A stretch of DNA of 64,000 nucleotides from Candidatus Heimdallarchaeota archaeon (GCA_019056785.1 DXJV01000029.1:64001-128000); one strand, 5' to 3'. Positions 18,502 through 29,042 are shown, counted from the stretch's first letter. Notes: generated by a model from the sequence alone, not told the origin. Translations and numbers: made by a program.

Positions 18502-19290
18502 TCATTCGATCAGGTGACTTTCTCGCAAGTGCAAAAGTAAATTCGCTAAATCAGGCAAAACAAGATCTGCTTGTTCAGCTAGTGCTGCTGAAGAAGCGAT
18601 GGATTCTTTGGTTAACTCACGAGTGATAAACACAGAACGAATCCCCATCCGTTTTGAAAGCGAGATTTCAGTTGTGGAGTTACCAATAAATAAACAATCC
18701 TCAGCTTTTGCACCAACAAGTTGAAGCATTTTTTTGTAGTAAAGGATGTCACTTTTCACAGCGCGTGTGTTTTCAAGGCCAACGATCGTAGTAAAATAGG
18801 GGAGTAAATGACAACCTGCCAAGATACCAAAAGTATGGCGAGTATGAGCAGAAGAGGCAATATGAAGTGTAGCAGCTTGCTCTTTGAAAGCACAGATTTC
18901 AGCCAGTACCTCAGGATAGCGGCAACAAATTTGGGAGGGGACAGTATATTCCAGGAATTCTGCCAGTTGCCGATAGTCGCCTTGAAAGTGATCTTTAACC
19001 AAGCTTTGTGCCCAAACTTCATTAGCATGCTCATAATTGGCAATAATTACCTCAGGCGGGAGACCTTTTGCTTTATCCCAGAAACGAACCCATTTGCGAT
19101 TAGCCTCTTCCACAGCACGAGAAGCATCTTTTTTGGGAATTCCAAATTGCTTTTCGAGAAAGGTAATAACTTTCTGGTCATATTTTTTACTCAATTCTTT
19201 TTTCGAAACAAGAACGCCGTGAAGGTCAAAAAGAATGTGTGCTTTTGCAATAGGAATGGGCTTTTTTTCTCGAAGATCAAATTTGCTCAA
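18502..19290 (-). CDS. HAD superfamily hydrolase, atypical motifs
   Basis: FDLHGVL (DxH instead of DxD), IASS, K, FIGNS..E. Confidence 0.75.
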   Translation of the reverse strand: MSKFDLREKKPIPIAKAHILFDLHGVLVSKKELSKKYDQKVITFLEKQFGIPKKDASRAVEEANRKWVRFWDKAKGLPPEVIIANYEHANEVWAQSLVKDHFQGDYRQLAEFLEYTVPSQICCRYPEVLAEICAFKEQAATLHIASSAHTRHTFGILAGCHLLPYFTTIVGLENTRAVKSDILYYKKMLQLVGAKAEDCLFIGNSTTEISLSKRMGIRSVFITRELTKESIASSAALAEQADLVLPDLANLLLHLRESHLIE

Positions 19291-19371
19291 TTATAGCACC
19301 ACTTTTTAGACTAATACCAGCCAATTGTTTCAATTGCTTTTTCTCCGTCATTTTAAAAGTTTTACTCGAGA

Positions 19372-20457
19372 TTACTCCTGTTGTTTATAAAACCAGCTTG
19401 GCTTTAGAAGCGTCTTTTGGGGATCGAGATACTCCAAACCTGTGAGGATGGCCTCCTTAGGGTGGACTGAGAATTTAAATCCTAATTGTAACAATCGTTC
19501 AGAATTAAAGTAAAAACTACGGCCAATATAATGCGAAGTTGTTGGTGAGAGAGCCACTTTAAGTAAGTTGATACGCGGAAAGATTTTGTGAAGCAAAACA
19601 ATGAATGGACGAAGGATTTTGAAAAACCAAAAAGTAATTGAGAATTTTGGCGGACGGCGATGGTAATATTCAGAAACTGTCTCGAGTATTTCTCGGAAGG
19701 TGATAAAACCTTGAGCAATATTGAAAATCGATTCTTGTAACATTCCACTTTGTTCTGCTAGGAAAACCTGTGCGCGAGCAATGTCAATTGGGGATGTCAA
19801 AGACATGATATATTTCCCTCTGTTGATCAATTTGGGGATGAATCGATAACTTAGAAGCTGAATAATAGTAGGTAAAAATTGTCTATCACCTGGTCCCAGA
19901 ATAGGCCCCAGTCGAGTGATGATAAATCTCTTTTCAGGATAATCTTTTTGATAACTTTTAACCATCGCTTCTGCAAGGCGTTTTGTTACTGCATAAGCAA
20001 GACCTTCGGTCGGACCAATAGGAAAGTCTTCATCAATCTGTAATTCTTTCTCTTTCTTTGACTCTGTGTCGTACACAGCTATTGAACTTGTATAAATAAA
20101 GCATTGAGCTTTTGAATTAACGAAAGCGTCAAGTATAATCCTGGTCCCAAGAACATTCGTAGGGTACATTTCCTCATATGAATGATTAACATTGATATCT
20201 GCAGCAATATGAAAGACAAATTGAATGCCATTGTTCATTGCTTCAGAAATAGTGTCACTTGCAAGAAGGTCGCCTTCAACAACATCTATCCCTAAATCAA
20301 TTAACTCTTGTGCTTTGCCGGGATTTCGAATTAAGCAGGCAATGTCTAGTGGGCTCTCAACACCAAGTTTTTTCTCTTTAAGTAAATAATTGACTAGCTG
20401 TCTTCCAACTTGACCTGTTGCACCTGTGATGAAAATTTTTGCCATTTGACTATCCAA
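19372..20457 (-). CDS. NAD-dependent epimerase/dehydratase (3-beta-HSD-like extended SDR)
   Basis: TGATGQVG, FHIAA, YTSS, YAVTK (YxxxK). Confidence 0.9.
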   Translation of the reverse strand: MDSQMAKIFITGATGQVGRQLVNYLLKEKKLGVESPLDIACLIRNPGKAQELIDLGIDVVEGDLLASDTISEAMNNGIQFVFHIAADINVNHSYEEMYPTNVLGTRIILDAFVNSKAQCFIYTSSIAVYDTESKKEKELQIDEDFPIGPTEGLAYAVTKRLAEAMVKSYQKDYPEKRFIITRLGPILGPGDRQFLPTIIQLLSYRFIPKLINRGKYIMSLTSPIDIARAQVFLAEQSGMLQESIFNIAQGFITFREILETVSEYYHRRPPKFSITFWFFKILRPFIVLLHKIFPRINLLKVALSPTTSHYIGRSFYFNSERLLQLGFKFSVHPKEAILTGLEYLDPQKTLLKPSWFYKQQE

Positions 20458-20534
20458 CGTTTCAAATTCTTGACAAGAGAACGATTTTTCTTGTCATAAT
20501 ACCGATGCTTCTCTACTTACAGCTTAGTGAGTTA

Positions 20535-21581
20535 TTAATTTTTTCTCTTGACCCAAGGTAAATTATGAATTGTTTCAATAACAAAATCAATGTCCTCTTT
20601 TTCAATGCCAAAGTGTGTTACTAGTCTGAAAGTCGTTTCCCACCGGCTGCTGACAAGGATGTTGTGTTTTGCCAATGCAGCTTTAAACTCTTTACCGCTA
20701 ATGCCCAAGCCACTGATATCGATGAAAAGAATATTTGTATAACAATCATGCGTCGTTATTCCTGGGATATCCTCTAAACCCTTTTTGAGTCTTTGGGCAT
20801 TCTTATGGTCCTCTGCAAGACGATCGATCATTTTTTCAAGAGCGATTAATCCCGGAGCGGCAATGATACCAGCTTGACGCATGCCCCCTCCCAGCATTTT
20901 ACGAACCCGTAAAGCCTCCTCAATGAACTCTTGACTACCTGCAATAATTGAACCAATAGGGCAAGCTAGACCTTTGCTTAAACAAAACATAACTGAATCA
21001 GCATCTTTCGTCAGCTCTTGTGCAGAAACTCCCAAACTAATGGCAGCATTGAAAATGCGTGCCCCATCGATGTGCACTTTTAGATCGTGTTTCCGGGCGG
21101 CTGATATTAGTTGCCGAGTCTCTGAGACAGTCCAGGGAATCCCTCCGGCCATATTGTGAGTGTTTTCAATGGCAACTAAAGAGCTGATGGGATAATGCAC
21201 ATCTTTTCCTCTTACTGCTTCTTGTAAAATCTCAGGCGTAATTAAATAGCCATTTTTTCCTACGACAGTTCGTGCTTGAAGAGAACCAATAACCGCAGAG
21301 GCGGCAACCTCATGTAAGAAGATATGGGAGGTTTGTTCCAGAATAATCTCATCGCCCCGATTTGTTTGGCTGACAACACCACAAATATTGCCCATCGTTC
21401 CTGAACAAACAAGCAGAGCTGCTTCCTTTCCCACTTTCTTTGCAGCTTTTTCTTGTAATTCATTAACCGTCGGGTCCTCTTTGTAAACATCATCACCCAA
21501 TTTAGCCGTTCGAATTGCTTCCAGCATCTCTTCAGAGGGAAGCGTAACAGTATCGCTTCGCAAATCTATTTTCTTCATCAA
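20535..21581 (-). CDS. ltaE: Low-specificity L-threonine aldolase
   Basis: DLRSDTVT, SGTMGN, ENTHN, HIDGARIFNA, CLSKGL (PLP Lys), LGGGMRQAG. Confidence 0.96.
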   Translation of the reverse strand: MMKKIDLRSDTVTLPSEEMLEAIRTAKLGDDVYKEDPTVNELQEKAAKKVGKEAALLVCSGTMGNICGVVSQTNRGDEIILEQTSHIFLHEVAASAVIGSLQARTVVGKNGYLITPEILQEAVRGKDVHYPISSLVAIENTHNMAGGIPWTVSETRQLISAARKHDLKVHIDGARIFNAAISLGVSAQELTKDADSVMFCLSKGLACPIGSIIAGSQEFIEEALRVRKMLGGGMRQAGIIAAPGLIALEKMIDRLAEDHKNAQRLKKGLEDIPGITTHDCYTNILFIDISGLGISGKEFKAALAKHNILVSSRWETTFRLVTHFGIEKEDIDFVIETIHNLPWVKRKN

Positions 21582-21734
21582 TTATGCCAGCACAAATTGT
21601 TTTAGAAAATGCTCTTCCTCTCAAAATTTAAAGGTTTTAATATGAATGTTTTTTTAGAGTAAAATGGGAGAAAAGACTTTAAAAAGAATGAAATTAATAT
21701 CATACAAAAATAAAAAGTTTGAGGGCACTTTATA

Positions 21735-22397
21735 ATGCATAAACTCGATAAGACAGATTTAAGGATTTTATCTACACTTCTCGAAGATTCAAGGACAAGT
21801 TATGCAGCTCTTGCACGAGAAACCAACTTGACTATTCCCTCAATTAAAACTAGAATCCAGAAATACATTGATTCCGGCTTAATTGAGAAATTCACCATCA
21901 TCCTAGACACACAAATGATTATGCGAGGAACCTCGATGACATTTTTAATGAAGGTTAAACCGAGCGACTTGGATCAAATTGCAAAAGACATTTACGATAG
22001 CCCGTTTATAGCCAATATGACTATTACTTCAGGTCATTATAATTTACTAATTGTCACTCATCCAATGAGCGATAAAGATAAGCTTGAATTTATTAAGAAA
22101 ATTAACTCCATCCCGGGAGATTCAGTAATGGAACTTGCTTCCTCAATTAACTTGGAAACATTTATGTGCAAACCCATTGAATTGCCAAATACGCCAATCA
22201 ATCTTTTAATCCGTTGTGATTATTGCCATCGAGAATTCTCCGGCGAGATTTTTTCGAAAGCAATTTTAGGAAGAAAGAGGTATTTCTGCAGTCCTTTATG
22301 CCAAGAAAAATACGAGGATCGGGCAGAAAAGTATATCAAAGGCGAATTATTCACTCACCCAGACAAGGAAGCAAAAAAAGCCGAAACGAAGGATTAG
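21735..22397 (+). CDS. Lrp/AsnC family regulator with C-terminal TRASH metal-binding domain
   Basis: LDKTDLRIL...DSRTSYAALA HTH; C-terminal CDYC...YFCSPLC. Confidence 0.9.
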   Translation: MHKLDKTDLRILSTLLEDSRTSYAALARETNLTIPSIKTRIQKYIDSGLIEKFTIILDTQMIMRGTSMTFLMKVKPSDLDQIAKDIYDSPFIANMTITSGHYNLLIVTHPMSDKDKLEFIKKINSIPGDSVMELASSINLETFMCKPIELPNTPINLLIRCDYCHREFSGEIFSKAILGRKRYFCSPLCQEKYEDRAEKYIKGELFTHPDKEAKKAETKD

Positions 22398-22459
22398 CAT
22401 CTCAAACCTTTAGTTAAAAAGCGAAAAGCTTGTTCGGTTAACAAACAGGAGAAATAGTA

Positions 22460-23164
22460 TTGGTCAATGATAGAGAAATTTTAGCAGTTCTGTTTGATTT
22501 GGATGATACATTATTCAATAGCAGCATGATGAGTTTGCGAGCACGAAGAAATAGCATTCGAGCAATGATTGAAGCGGGATTAGAAATCGAGGAAGAAGAA
22601 GGGCTTCAGAAACTTTTGGCAATCGTGGAAAAATACGGGTCAAATTATGGGCAACATTTTAATCGGCTCCTTGATAAGCTAGGAGTAAAGGAACAGCCAA
22701 AACTTATTGCGGCAGCTATTGTTGCGTACCATTCTACCAAACAAGCCTTACTACGACCATACCCTGGAGTAATTACCACATTATTAACATTAATGAAAAA
22801 AGTAAAGATCGGCATTGTTTCCGATGGAGTGAAAATAAAACAATGGGAAAAACTAACTTATTTGGGCTTACAACACTTTTTTGATGTCGTTATAGTAAAC
22901 GAGAAAAAAAACGAGTGGAAACCCGCAAAGGATGGATATGAGAAGGCATTGAAACAATTGAGGATAACAGAGCCAGAACGGGTCATCTATGTTGGAAATA
23001 AAATTGAAACAGATATTCTGGGAGCAAATAACCTGGGTATAATAAGTGTGCTATTTGATCCCCAGAAAAAATACTCTACAACAAAGGAAAAAGACAATCG
23101 AAAACCCGACTTCGTAGTACACCACTTTAAAGCCATCCTCAAGTTGTTAGAAATTAAAGGATGA
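22460..23164 (+). CDS. HAD-IA hydrolase (archaeal TIGR02253-type)
   Basis: FDLDDTL, AMIEAGL, YGSNY..HF, SDG..IKQWEKL, KP, VGN..ETDI. Confidence 0.92.
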   Translation: MVNDREILAVLFDLDDTLFNSSMMSLRARRNSIRAMIEAGLEIEEEEGLQKLLAIVEKYGSNYGQHFNRLLDKLGVKEQPKLIAAAIVAYHSTKQALLRPYPGVITTLLTLMKKVKIGIVSDGVKIKQWEKLTYLGLQHFFDVVIVNEKKNEWKPAKDGYEKALKQLRITEPERVIYVGNKIETDILGANNLGIISVLFDPQKKYSTTKEKDNRKPDFVVHHFKAILKLLEIKG

Positions 23165-23288
23165 AAGGAAAAAGAAGCCAAGAAAAAAGAAAGTCGTTTA
23201 GTTGAAAGGATAGGAGGAAAGAGGAGGAAAAAATTCCCCCAGATCAATTTCCAAATCAAATAGAATTTAAAAGGGAAAAAAGAAAGAA

Positions 23289-23555
23289 TTAAGCCTTACT
23301 AATGAAAGGCTTGGCTTTTTCACCATTTGAGCAAGTTGGAATATCTTTAGTGGAACCACAAGTCTTGTCGTGACAAACGAGTTTGTCACCTTCAAGCTCC
23401 ATTAGCTCTCCACAGCAAACAGGCCAATCGATAATTGTGCCATCGTCGCATTTGAACACGAGTTTCATTTCCGCTTCTTGAGCTTTGGTATGTGTTTCTT
23501 TCAATTTTACACCTTTTAAAGCATCTTCGGATATTTCAATTTCTTTGTCAGACAT
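23289..23555 (-). CDS. 88-aa protein: WH2/thymosin-like N-terminus plus Cys-rich desulforedoxin-like domain
   Basis: Start MSDK at ATG 23555 with GGTG about 10 nt upstream; C...PVCCGELM and CHDKTC...IPTC. Confidence 0.7.
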   Translation of the reverse strand: MSDKEIEISEDALKGVKLKETHTKAQEAEMKLVFKCDDGTIIDWPVCCGELMELEGDKLVCHDKTCGSTKDIPTCSNGEKAKPFISKA

Positions 23556-23679
23556 TGGTTTTAACACCATCCTCTTTTGTAGATGGATTTGCTTCCTATT
23601 TAATATTACGTTAGAGACATTCCAAATATAAATTTGATTCTCTAGCCACAGGCTAAAGCAAAAGAAAAGAAAGCAAAGC

Positions 23680-24879
23680 CTATTTGGCAAGATAGTTCCA
23701 AGCAGTTAAAGCCAGAACTGCACTGCCAACAGGCAAGGCATCTTCATCGACATCGAATTTGGGGCTGTGACCAGGATATTTAATACCTTTTTCTTCGTTT
23801 CGTGTTCCAAGCCAAAACATGGAGACGGGGATACGATAATTGTCACTGAAATCGTAGAAATCTTCAGCGCCCATTGTAGGTTCCTCTTCAATTACGAGTT
23901 GGTCCTCACCAAACAAGTCTATCACAGCATTTTTGATATGTTGATTCAAAGAAGGATCATTAAACCCCGGATTGTAGCCAAGGTCAATTTTTGTAGCAAT
24001 TGTTGCACCAAAACTTTTAGCAACACCTTCTGTGATTTGTTTTATTTGTTCCCAGGTGGCTTCGCGAACATCTTGCTTCAAGGCACGAATTGTTCCTGAG
24101 AGGTGAGCGGTTTCAGGGATAATATTATAGGCAGAACCCGCATGAAATGTTCCGACAGTTACAACTACCGGGTCAACAGGGTCCGTACTTCGAGAGGCAA
24201 CTGTTTGGAGAGCAACAACAAGATGTGAAGCAACAACAATGGGGTCCACCGTTTCGTGTGGGGCAGCAGCATGACCACCTTTTCCAGTAATATCGATATA
24301 GAATTTATCAGCACTGGCAGTAAAGCTGCCATCTTTGATAACAACTTTTCCAGTGTCATATTCATCAAAGACATGCAATGCTATAACAGCGGAAACCTCT
24401 GGGTCAGCTAAAGCTCCGGCTTCAACCATCGGTCGAGCACCACCAAGCCCCTCTTCTGCTGGTTGGAAGAAGAATTTAACATTCCCTGGTAATTGTTCCT
24501 TTAGCCGGCTGAGAATCTTTGCCACACCTAAGAGGATAGCAGTGTGCGCATCATGTCCACACATATGAGCTTTCCCATCGTGTTTTGATTTGTAAGAAAC
24601 ATCATTTTCCTCCTGGATGGGCAGCGCATCCATATCAGCACGGATTCCTATTGTTTTTCCAGTACCCCCTTTGCCTTTTAATAAAGCAATGACACCTGTT
24701 TTTGCCACACCTATTTTCACTTCGAGTCCCAGTTCTTTCAACTTCTTTGCAACATAAGCTGCCGTTTGATGTTCTTCAAAACCCAATTCTGGGTACATAT
24801 GAAAATGTCGTCTATCTGTGACCAGTTCCTCTTTTATTTCATTTGCAATTTTCCAGATTTCTTTTTTCATGTTTTTCAA
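23680..24879 (-). CDS. M20D amidohydrolase (hippurate/IAA-amino acid hydrolase-like)
   Basis: RHFHMYPELGFEE, RADMDALP, HMCGHDAH, FQPAEE, GGHAAAPH, AEDF. Confidence 0.94.
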   Translation of the reverse strand: MKNMKKEIWKIANEIKEELVTDRRHFHMYPELGFEEHQTAAYVAKKLKELGLEVKIGVAKTGVIALLKGKGGTGKTIGIRADMDALPIQEENDVSYKSKHDGKAHMCGHDAHTAILLGVAKILSRLKEQLPGNVKFFFQPAEEGLGGARPMVEAGALADPEVSAVIALHVFDEYDTGKVVIKDGSFTASADKFYIDITGKGGHAAAPHETVDPIVVASHLVVALQTVASRSTDPVDPVVVTVGTFHAGSAYNIIPETAHLSGTIRALKQDVREATWEQIKQITEGVAKSFGATIATKIDLGYNPGFNDPSLNQHIKNAVIDLFGEDQLVIEEEPTMGAEDFYDFSDNYRIPVSMFWLGTRNEEKGIKYPGHSPKFDVDEDALPVGSAVLALTAWNYLAK

Positions 24880-25196
24880 CGGCCTTTTTTCTCGGGAGTA
24901 GTAATGACGTCTCTCTTTTTATATTTCTTGATACTCTTTAGAATCGCTTTTTCAGGGTTTAAATCCAACCCCCGACCTAAAGCTATGACTGCAAAAAGCA
25001 AGTCACCAAATTCCTCGAATAATTTTTCCCTGCTGGTTGTTTTGTTGGGGTGCAATCCAGCGCTAATTTGTAATTCCTTAGAAAATTCACCCAATTCCTC
25101 AATCACTGGTTCTATCAGCCATTCCTTTTGCCAATAGCCACCCAGTGAGGTTATCAAATTGTCAATTTCAAAACAAATTTCCATAAAGTCAACCAT
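24876..25196 (-). CDS. MazG-like nucleotide pyrophosphohydrolase (YpjD-like)
   Basis: GYW...EELGE...EEFGDLLFA. Confidence 0.85.
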   Translation of the reverse strand: MVDFMEICFEIDNLITSLGGYWQKEWLIEPVIEELGEFSKELQISAGLHPNKTTSREKLFEEFGDLLFAVIALGRGLDLNPEKAILKSIKKYKKRDVITTPEKKGR

Positions 25197-25235
25197 TGTC
25201 CTCGCAAAAAGAGAGGAGATTATCCAAAAAAAAGG

Positions 25236-27287
25236 TTACGAAGACAAGCGGAGAAATTGGTCCCGCTGATGTTCGGATGCACTTACCAACCAAAAAGTTT
25301 CCCGTAAGAAGGAAATCGCTTCCTCAAGGAGAGCCTGTTTTTGAAGTTTCAAAGCATCCTCAGACAAAGTAGGTTGCTTTTCTTGAATTTTTTGTATTTC
25401 TATAAGGTCAGTTTGAATTGTTTGCTCAAAGGTTTCCATACCCAGATCTTTTGCCAAGTCGATTGCTTCAGTGAGCTCTTCGGAAGCCTCTTTGAAGTTA
25501 TCTTTATAGAGCAAAATTTTCGCAAGCACTTTTTTCGTGTACATCGTTAGTGGTAAAAATTCCAGATCGAGGGAGATAAATAACATGTCGTCTAAGTTTT
25601 GCATTACTTCTTCGAGAATCGTTTGGTCCTCTTGTACCAAATATTTCAATAATAAAACAGTTGTCTTTTCAATCAAAACAAGAGCCGGCGTTAAGGCAGA
25701 GGGGAAGTCCTGCACTTGCTCGTACATATTGGAAAGAAGCTTTTCTGCTTTCAGCAGCTCTTTCTTTTGTATCTGGAACCTAATCCGAGAAATTATTGCT
25801 TGGGCATTTTCTTCCTGGTTGGCATGAATAGAAGCGAAAAGATCGGCACGATTAATGTAGGATTCGGCAAGCGAAAATTTGCCCAGCGCAGTTGAAATTT
25901 CGAACAACCAGTTCAGAATATCAAAATAAATTTCATCCTTCTTGTTCAATTTGGTGCAAATATGTAATGCTTTTTCAAATTCATCAAAAGCAGTTGTTAA
26001 ATTACCGACAATGGCATTTAGCTGCCCCAGTTTGATATGGTCCATTAGGAGTTCTTCTGGAGGGGCGTGGTATTTCACTTTAAACTCCAGGGCATTTGTA
26101 CGTGTTTCCACTGCTTCTTTAAAATTTCCAGCGATGAAATTAACATAAGACAAACCATCAAAGATGGGTGTAAGAAGAATAGTGAAGCTATGATTCTGAG
26201 CGATTTCAAGGGCAGTTTGATAATTGGTCAATGCTTCTGCATACTTTCCTTTTCGCGCCAACAGCTTAGCAATATTAGTTAAGGCAATCACTTTATTGTA
26301 ATCATCAGTTAAATTTGTCGCTTGTTCGAGCAGTTCAAAGAAATATTCCTCTGCTTTGGTAAATTGTTGTTGACTTTCAGAAACAAAAGCAAGATTTTTT
26401 ATGCAATTTACAACGCCAATTTGATCCTTAAGAGCAACATAGGTTTTTCGTGCTTCTAAATAATTTTTCTCTGCATGCTCATAATCTCCCAATGCGGCTT
26501 CCCAATCTCCACGCAAGCAAATGGCTTTTGCCTTCAGTGCTTTGAAATTAAATGATTGGAAGATGACAGAAACCTCTTCAAATAACAATTCTAGCTCCTG
26601 AAAGTTCTTCTGGACGATGGAATAATGGATTAAATCCAAAAGGAATTGAGTCATAAAATAGGGTTCTTCTAATTGTTTTGTTAATTGATAGAGCGTTTTC
26701 GTTTCTTCAATGAGAGCAAGAGTAACAATCTCAGCTGCTTTGACATGCGAAAGGACAAGATAAGCAAGTAAAAAAAAATGATCAAAATCCGGAAGAGAGG
26801 CATTCTTCTCTTGAAACGAATGAATCTTCTCCACCACAGTTTTAAGGTTCTCTTTATTTTTATAACCACTTCTAAACAATATTTGAGCAAGAGCGCCCAA
26901 ACATTCGATGTAGACCATCGGGTCAGAAGTCTCTGAAATCTCTTTCTCAACTTGTTCTAAAAGCTCAATTGCATTTGAGATTTCTCCTTGTTGGGCCTCT
27001 GCCAGAGCAAACCAAACTTTCGCCCCGGCGTTTGTCTGAATTTCTTTGGCAAACTCATTCAAATAAGCATAATCTGCCAGCATATACGCGATTTTTGCTG
27101 CGAGGTAACGTAATTCATGATCGTCTTCTGGAAGGGTAGGGGATTTCGAAATGCGCAGAAATCGTTTGAAAAAAACCTTCGGATCTTTTGAGTCTAACGC
27201 AAGACGATCGAATTGAAATTCAATTGCATCTAGGGACTCTTGAGAGAGACGACTTTCATGCGTTTTAAATGCTGTTGGGAGGACCAC
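25236..27287 (-). CDS. Tetratricopeptide repeat protein
   Basis: Repeated G-Y-A-Y-AL TPR-like helices (GDYEHAEKNY, GKYAEALTNYQTAL, GNFKEA, GNLTTAFDEFEKAL). Confidence 0.85.
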   Translation of the reverse strand: MVLPTAFKTHESRLSQESLDAIEFQFDRLALDSKDPKVFFKRFLRISKSPTLPEDDHELRYLAAKIAYMLADYAYLNEFAKEIQTNAGAKVWFALAEAQQGEISNAIELLEQVEKEISETSDPMVYIECLGALAQILFRSGYKNKENLKTVVEKIHSFQEKNASLPDFDHFFLLAYLVLSHVKAAEIVTLALIEETKTLYQLTKQLEEPYFMTQFLLDLIHYSIVQKNFQELELLFEEVSVIFQSFNFKALKAKAICLRGDWEAALGDYEHAEKNYLEARKTYVALKDQIGVVNCIKNLAFVSESQQQFTKAEEYFFELLEQATNLTDDYNKVIALTNIAKLLARKGKYAEALTNYQTALEIAQNHSFTILLTPIFDGLSYVNFIAGNFKEAVETRTNALEFKVKYHAPPEELLMDHIKLGQLNAIVGNLTTAFDEFEKALHICTKLNKKDEIYFDILNWLFEISTALGKFSLAESYINRADLFASIHANQEENAQAIISRIRFQIQKKELLKAEKLLSNMYEQVQDFPSALTPALVLIEKTTVLLLKYLVQEDQTILEEVMQNLDDMLFISLDLEFLPLTMYTKKVLAKILLYKDNFKEASEELTEAIDLAKDLGMETFEQTIQTDLIEIQKIQEKQPTLSEDALKLQKQALLEEAISFLRETFWLVSASEHQRDQFLRLSS

Positions 27288-27593
27288 TTTTTTCCCTCGA
27301 GTTCTTCTTATTTAGCTAATTATTTTTCCCTGCATTCTAAAAACAAATTCCTAATATGTGGATAGTTTTTTACTCGTTTTTAATAAAAGATTATTAGTTA
27401 AATCTTTTTTAAAGGTTATTTTTAAGGGATTTTGGGGTTTTGACTGTTTTTTGGGATAGAAACAACAAAATACCCTACTTCAATAAATCTTTTGTCATTA
27501 CTAAAAAGTAATAAGTGAGTTTAACAGCTTTTTTCTCCAAGAAAAAGCTTTTTGTATTAAAATGCTTAAAATTTGACCAAATGGTGAGAGTCT

Positions 27594-29042
27594 ATGAGTC
27601 AACATGGAACCAGTAATCTAAATCCGAAACAACTCGAAAAATTAGCCGAAAAAGCAAAAGAACTAGGATATGACAATCTGAGGTTTTTTGTCGATGATAT
27701 TGACATGTTGTTGCGCCCGGCTGTTCTTTTGAAACAAAAAGATATGAAATATTTCGAGTTGGAAAACCTCATTTCCTTGCTAACGAGTAAAAATATTAGC
27801 CTGGGAATGGCGCCCCGGATGTTAAGTATGGTATCAAAATACGCTGAAAGAAATGAAGAATTAGAAGCAGAAAACGCAGAATTAAAGCAATCAAATATAA
27901 CTATGCGAAGTAAATACCAAACTGCTGAAGCCCAGGTAAAAGAATATCAAAAGCAACTTAAAGAACTCTCTGTTGGCGTCCAAGCTGATGCTAAAATCCG
28001 AGAAGAGAATATAAAACTTAGTGAAGAGAATAAGTATCTAAAAATCACAAATGAATCTCTCACCGGAGAACTAAAGAAAACCAAAGAAAAACTCGACGAG
28101 AAAATTGAAGAAGCAAATGATCTTGAAGTTGAAAATAGCCAGTTAGAATTAAAGATTAAAGACCTCCAGAGAGAATTGAAAGAATTGGAGTTGGAATATG
28201 AAGAACTAAAACGAGAAGGTATTGGTACCGATAAGACAAAACGACTCGTTGAGGACTTAATTGATGAAGTAGATGAAGCCTATAGTACTGTAGACGACCC
28301 CTTTAAGAAGGAATTCTTGGCATTTATGGGTGTGGAATTGAGCGAAATCGTTGAGGGACGAACTATTACAAAACAAAAAATTCTCAATCAAATAGCGATT
28401 CATGCACACGAAATTGAAAAAAAATTCGAGCCAAAAATAGCAGCTTTGCAACAAATGCCTGCCCGCAGTGCTACACCTCAACCGGTAATCAAAGAACCAA
28501 GAGAGGTTATGAAGAAAGAAGTTATTCCTGAACCCGTGAAAAAAACCGCTCCAGTTGCAGTTAAAAAAGGACAACCTGCTGAAGCGCCTTCAAAACAAAA
28601 GGCCAAGGAAGAAACCGAAGACCATTATGTGAAACCAAGTGAATTCTTGAAGAAAAAAGGCATCATCGTAAGTAGTGGAAAAGAACCTGCAAAAACAGAA
28701 GAAGCGAAAGAAAAAGGTGAAGAACACGCAGAAAAAACACCTGCAAAACCCGCTACCACTGTTTCACGTTCCAAACGTAAATTTAAGAAGAAAGTGGAAA
28801 TCGACCGCACACCAAGCCCTGAATTGATTCAGGTCTTTGACGTATTTATAAAATATCTTGAAGCTATAACTGACAATAAATCATTTAATGACCTGTGCGA
28901 CAAAATAATCGAGCAACTTTATGAACACATTGGCTCTCCCGGCATGACACAAGTTTACAAAATAAAAAGTAGTGGCGTGAAAAGAAAACAATTATTGATC
29001 GACCTAATAAAACAGTGGAAAGTGAGACTGCCTGACCTCTAA
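27594..29042 (+). CDS. Coiled-coil protein with disordered Lys/Glu/Pro linker and helical C-terminal domain
   Basis: About 125-aa heptad region (residues ~83-208), P/K/E-rich linker, compact C-terminus. Confidence 0.8.
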   Translation: MSQHGTSNLNPKQLEKLAEKAKELGYDNLRFFVDDIDMLLRPAVLLKQKDMKYFELENLISLLTSKNISLGMAPRMLSMVSKYAERNEELEAENAELKQSNITMRSKYQTAEAQVKEYQKQLKELSVGVQADAKIREENIKLSEENKYLKITNESLTGELKKTKEKLDEKIEEANDLEVENSQLELKIKDLQRELKELELEYEELKREGIGTDKTKRLVEDLIDEVDEAYSTVDDPFKKEFLAFMGVELSEIVEGRTITKQKILNQIAIHAHEIEKKFEPKIAALQQMPARSATPQPVIKEPREVMKKEVIPEPVKKTAPVAVKKGQPAEAPSKQKAKEETEDHYVKPSEFLKKKGIIVSSGKEPAKTEEAKEKGEEHAEKTPAKPATTVSRSKRKFKKKVEIDRTPSPELIQVFDVFIKYLEAITDNKSFNDLCDKIIEQLYEHIGSPGMTQVYKIKSSGVKRKQLLIDLIKQWKVRLPDL

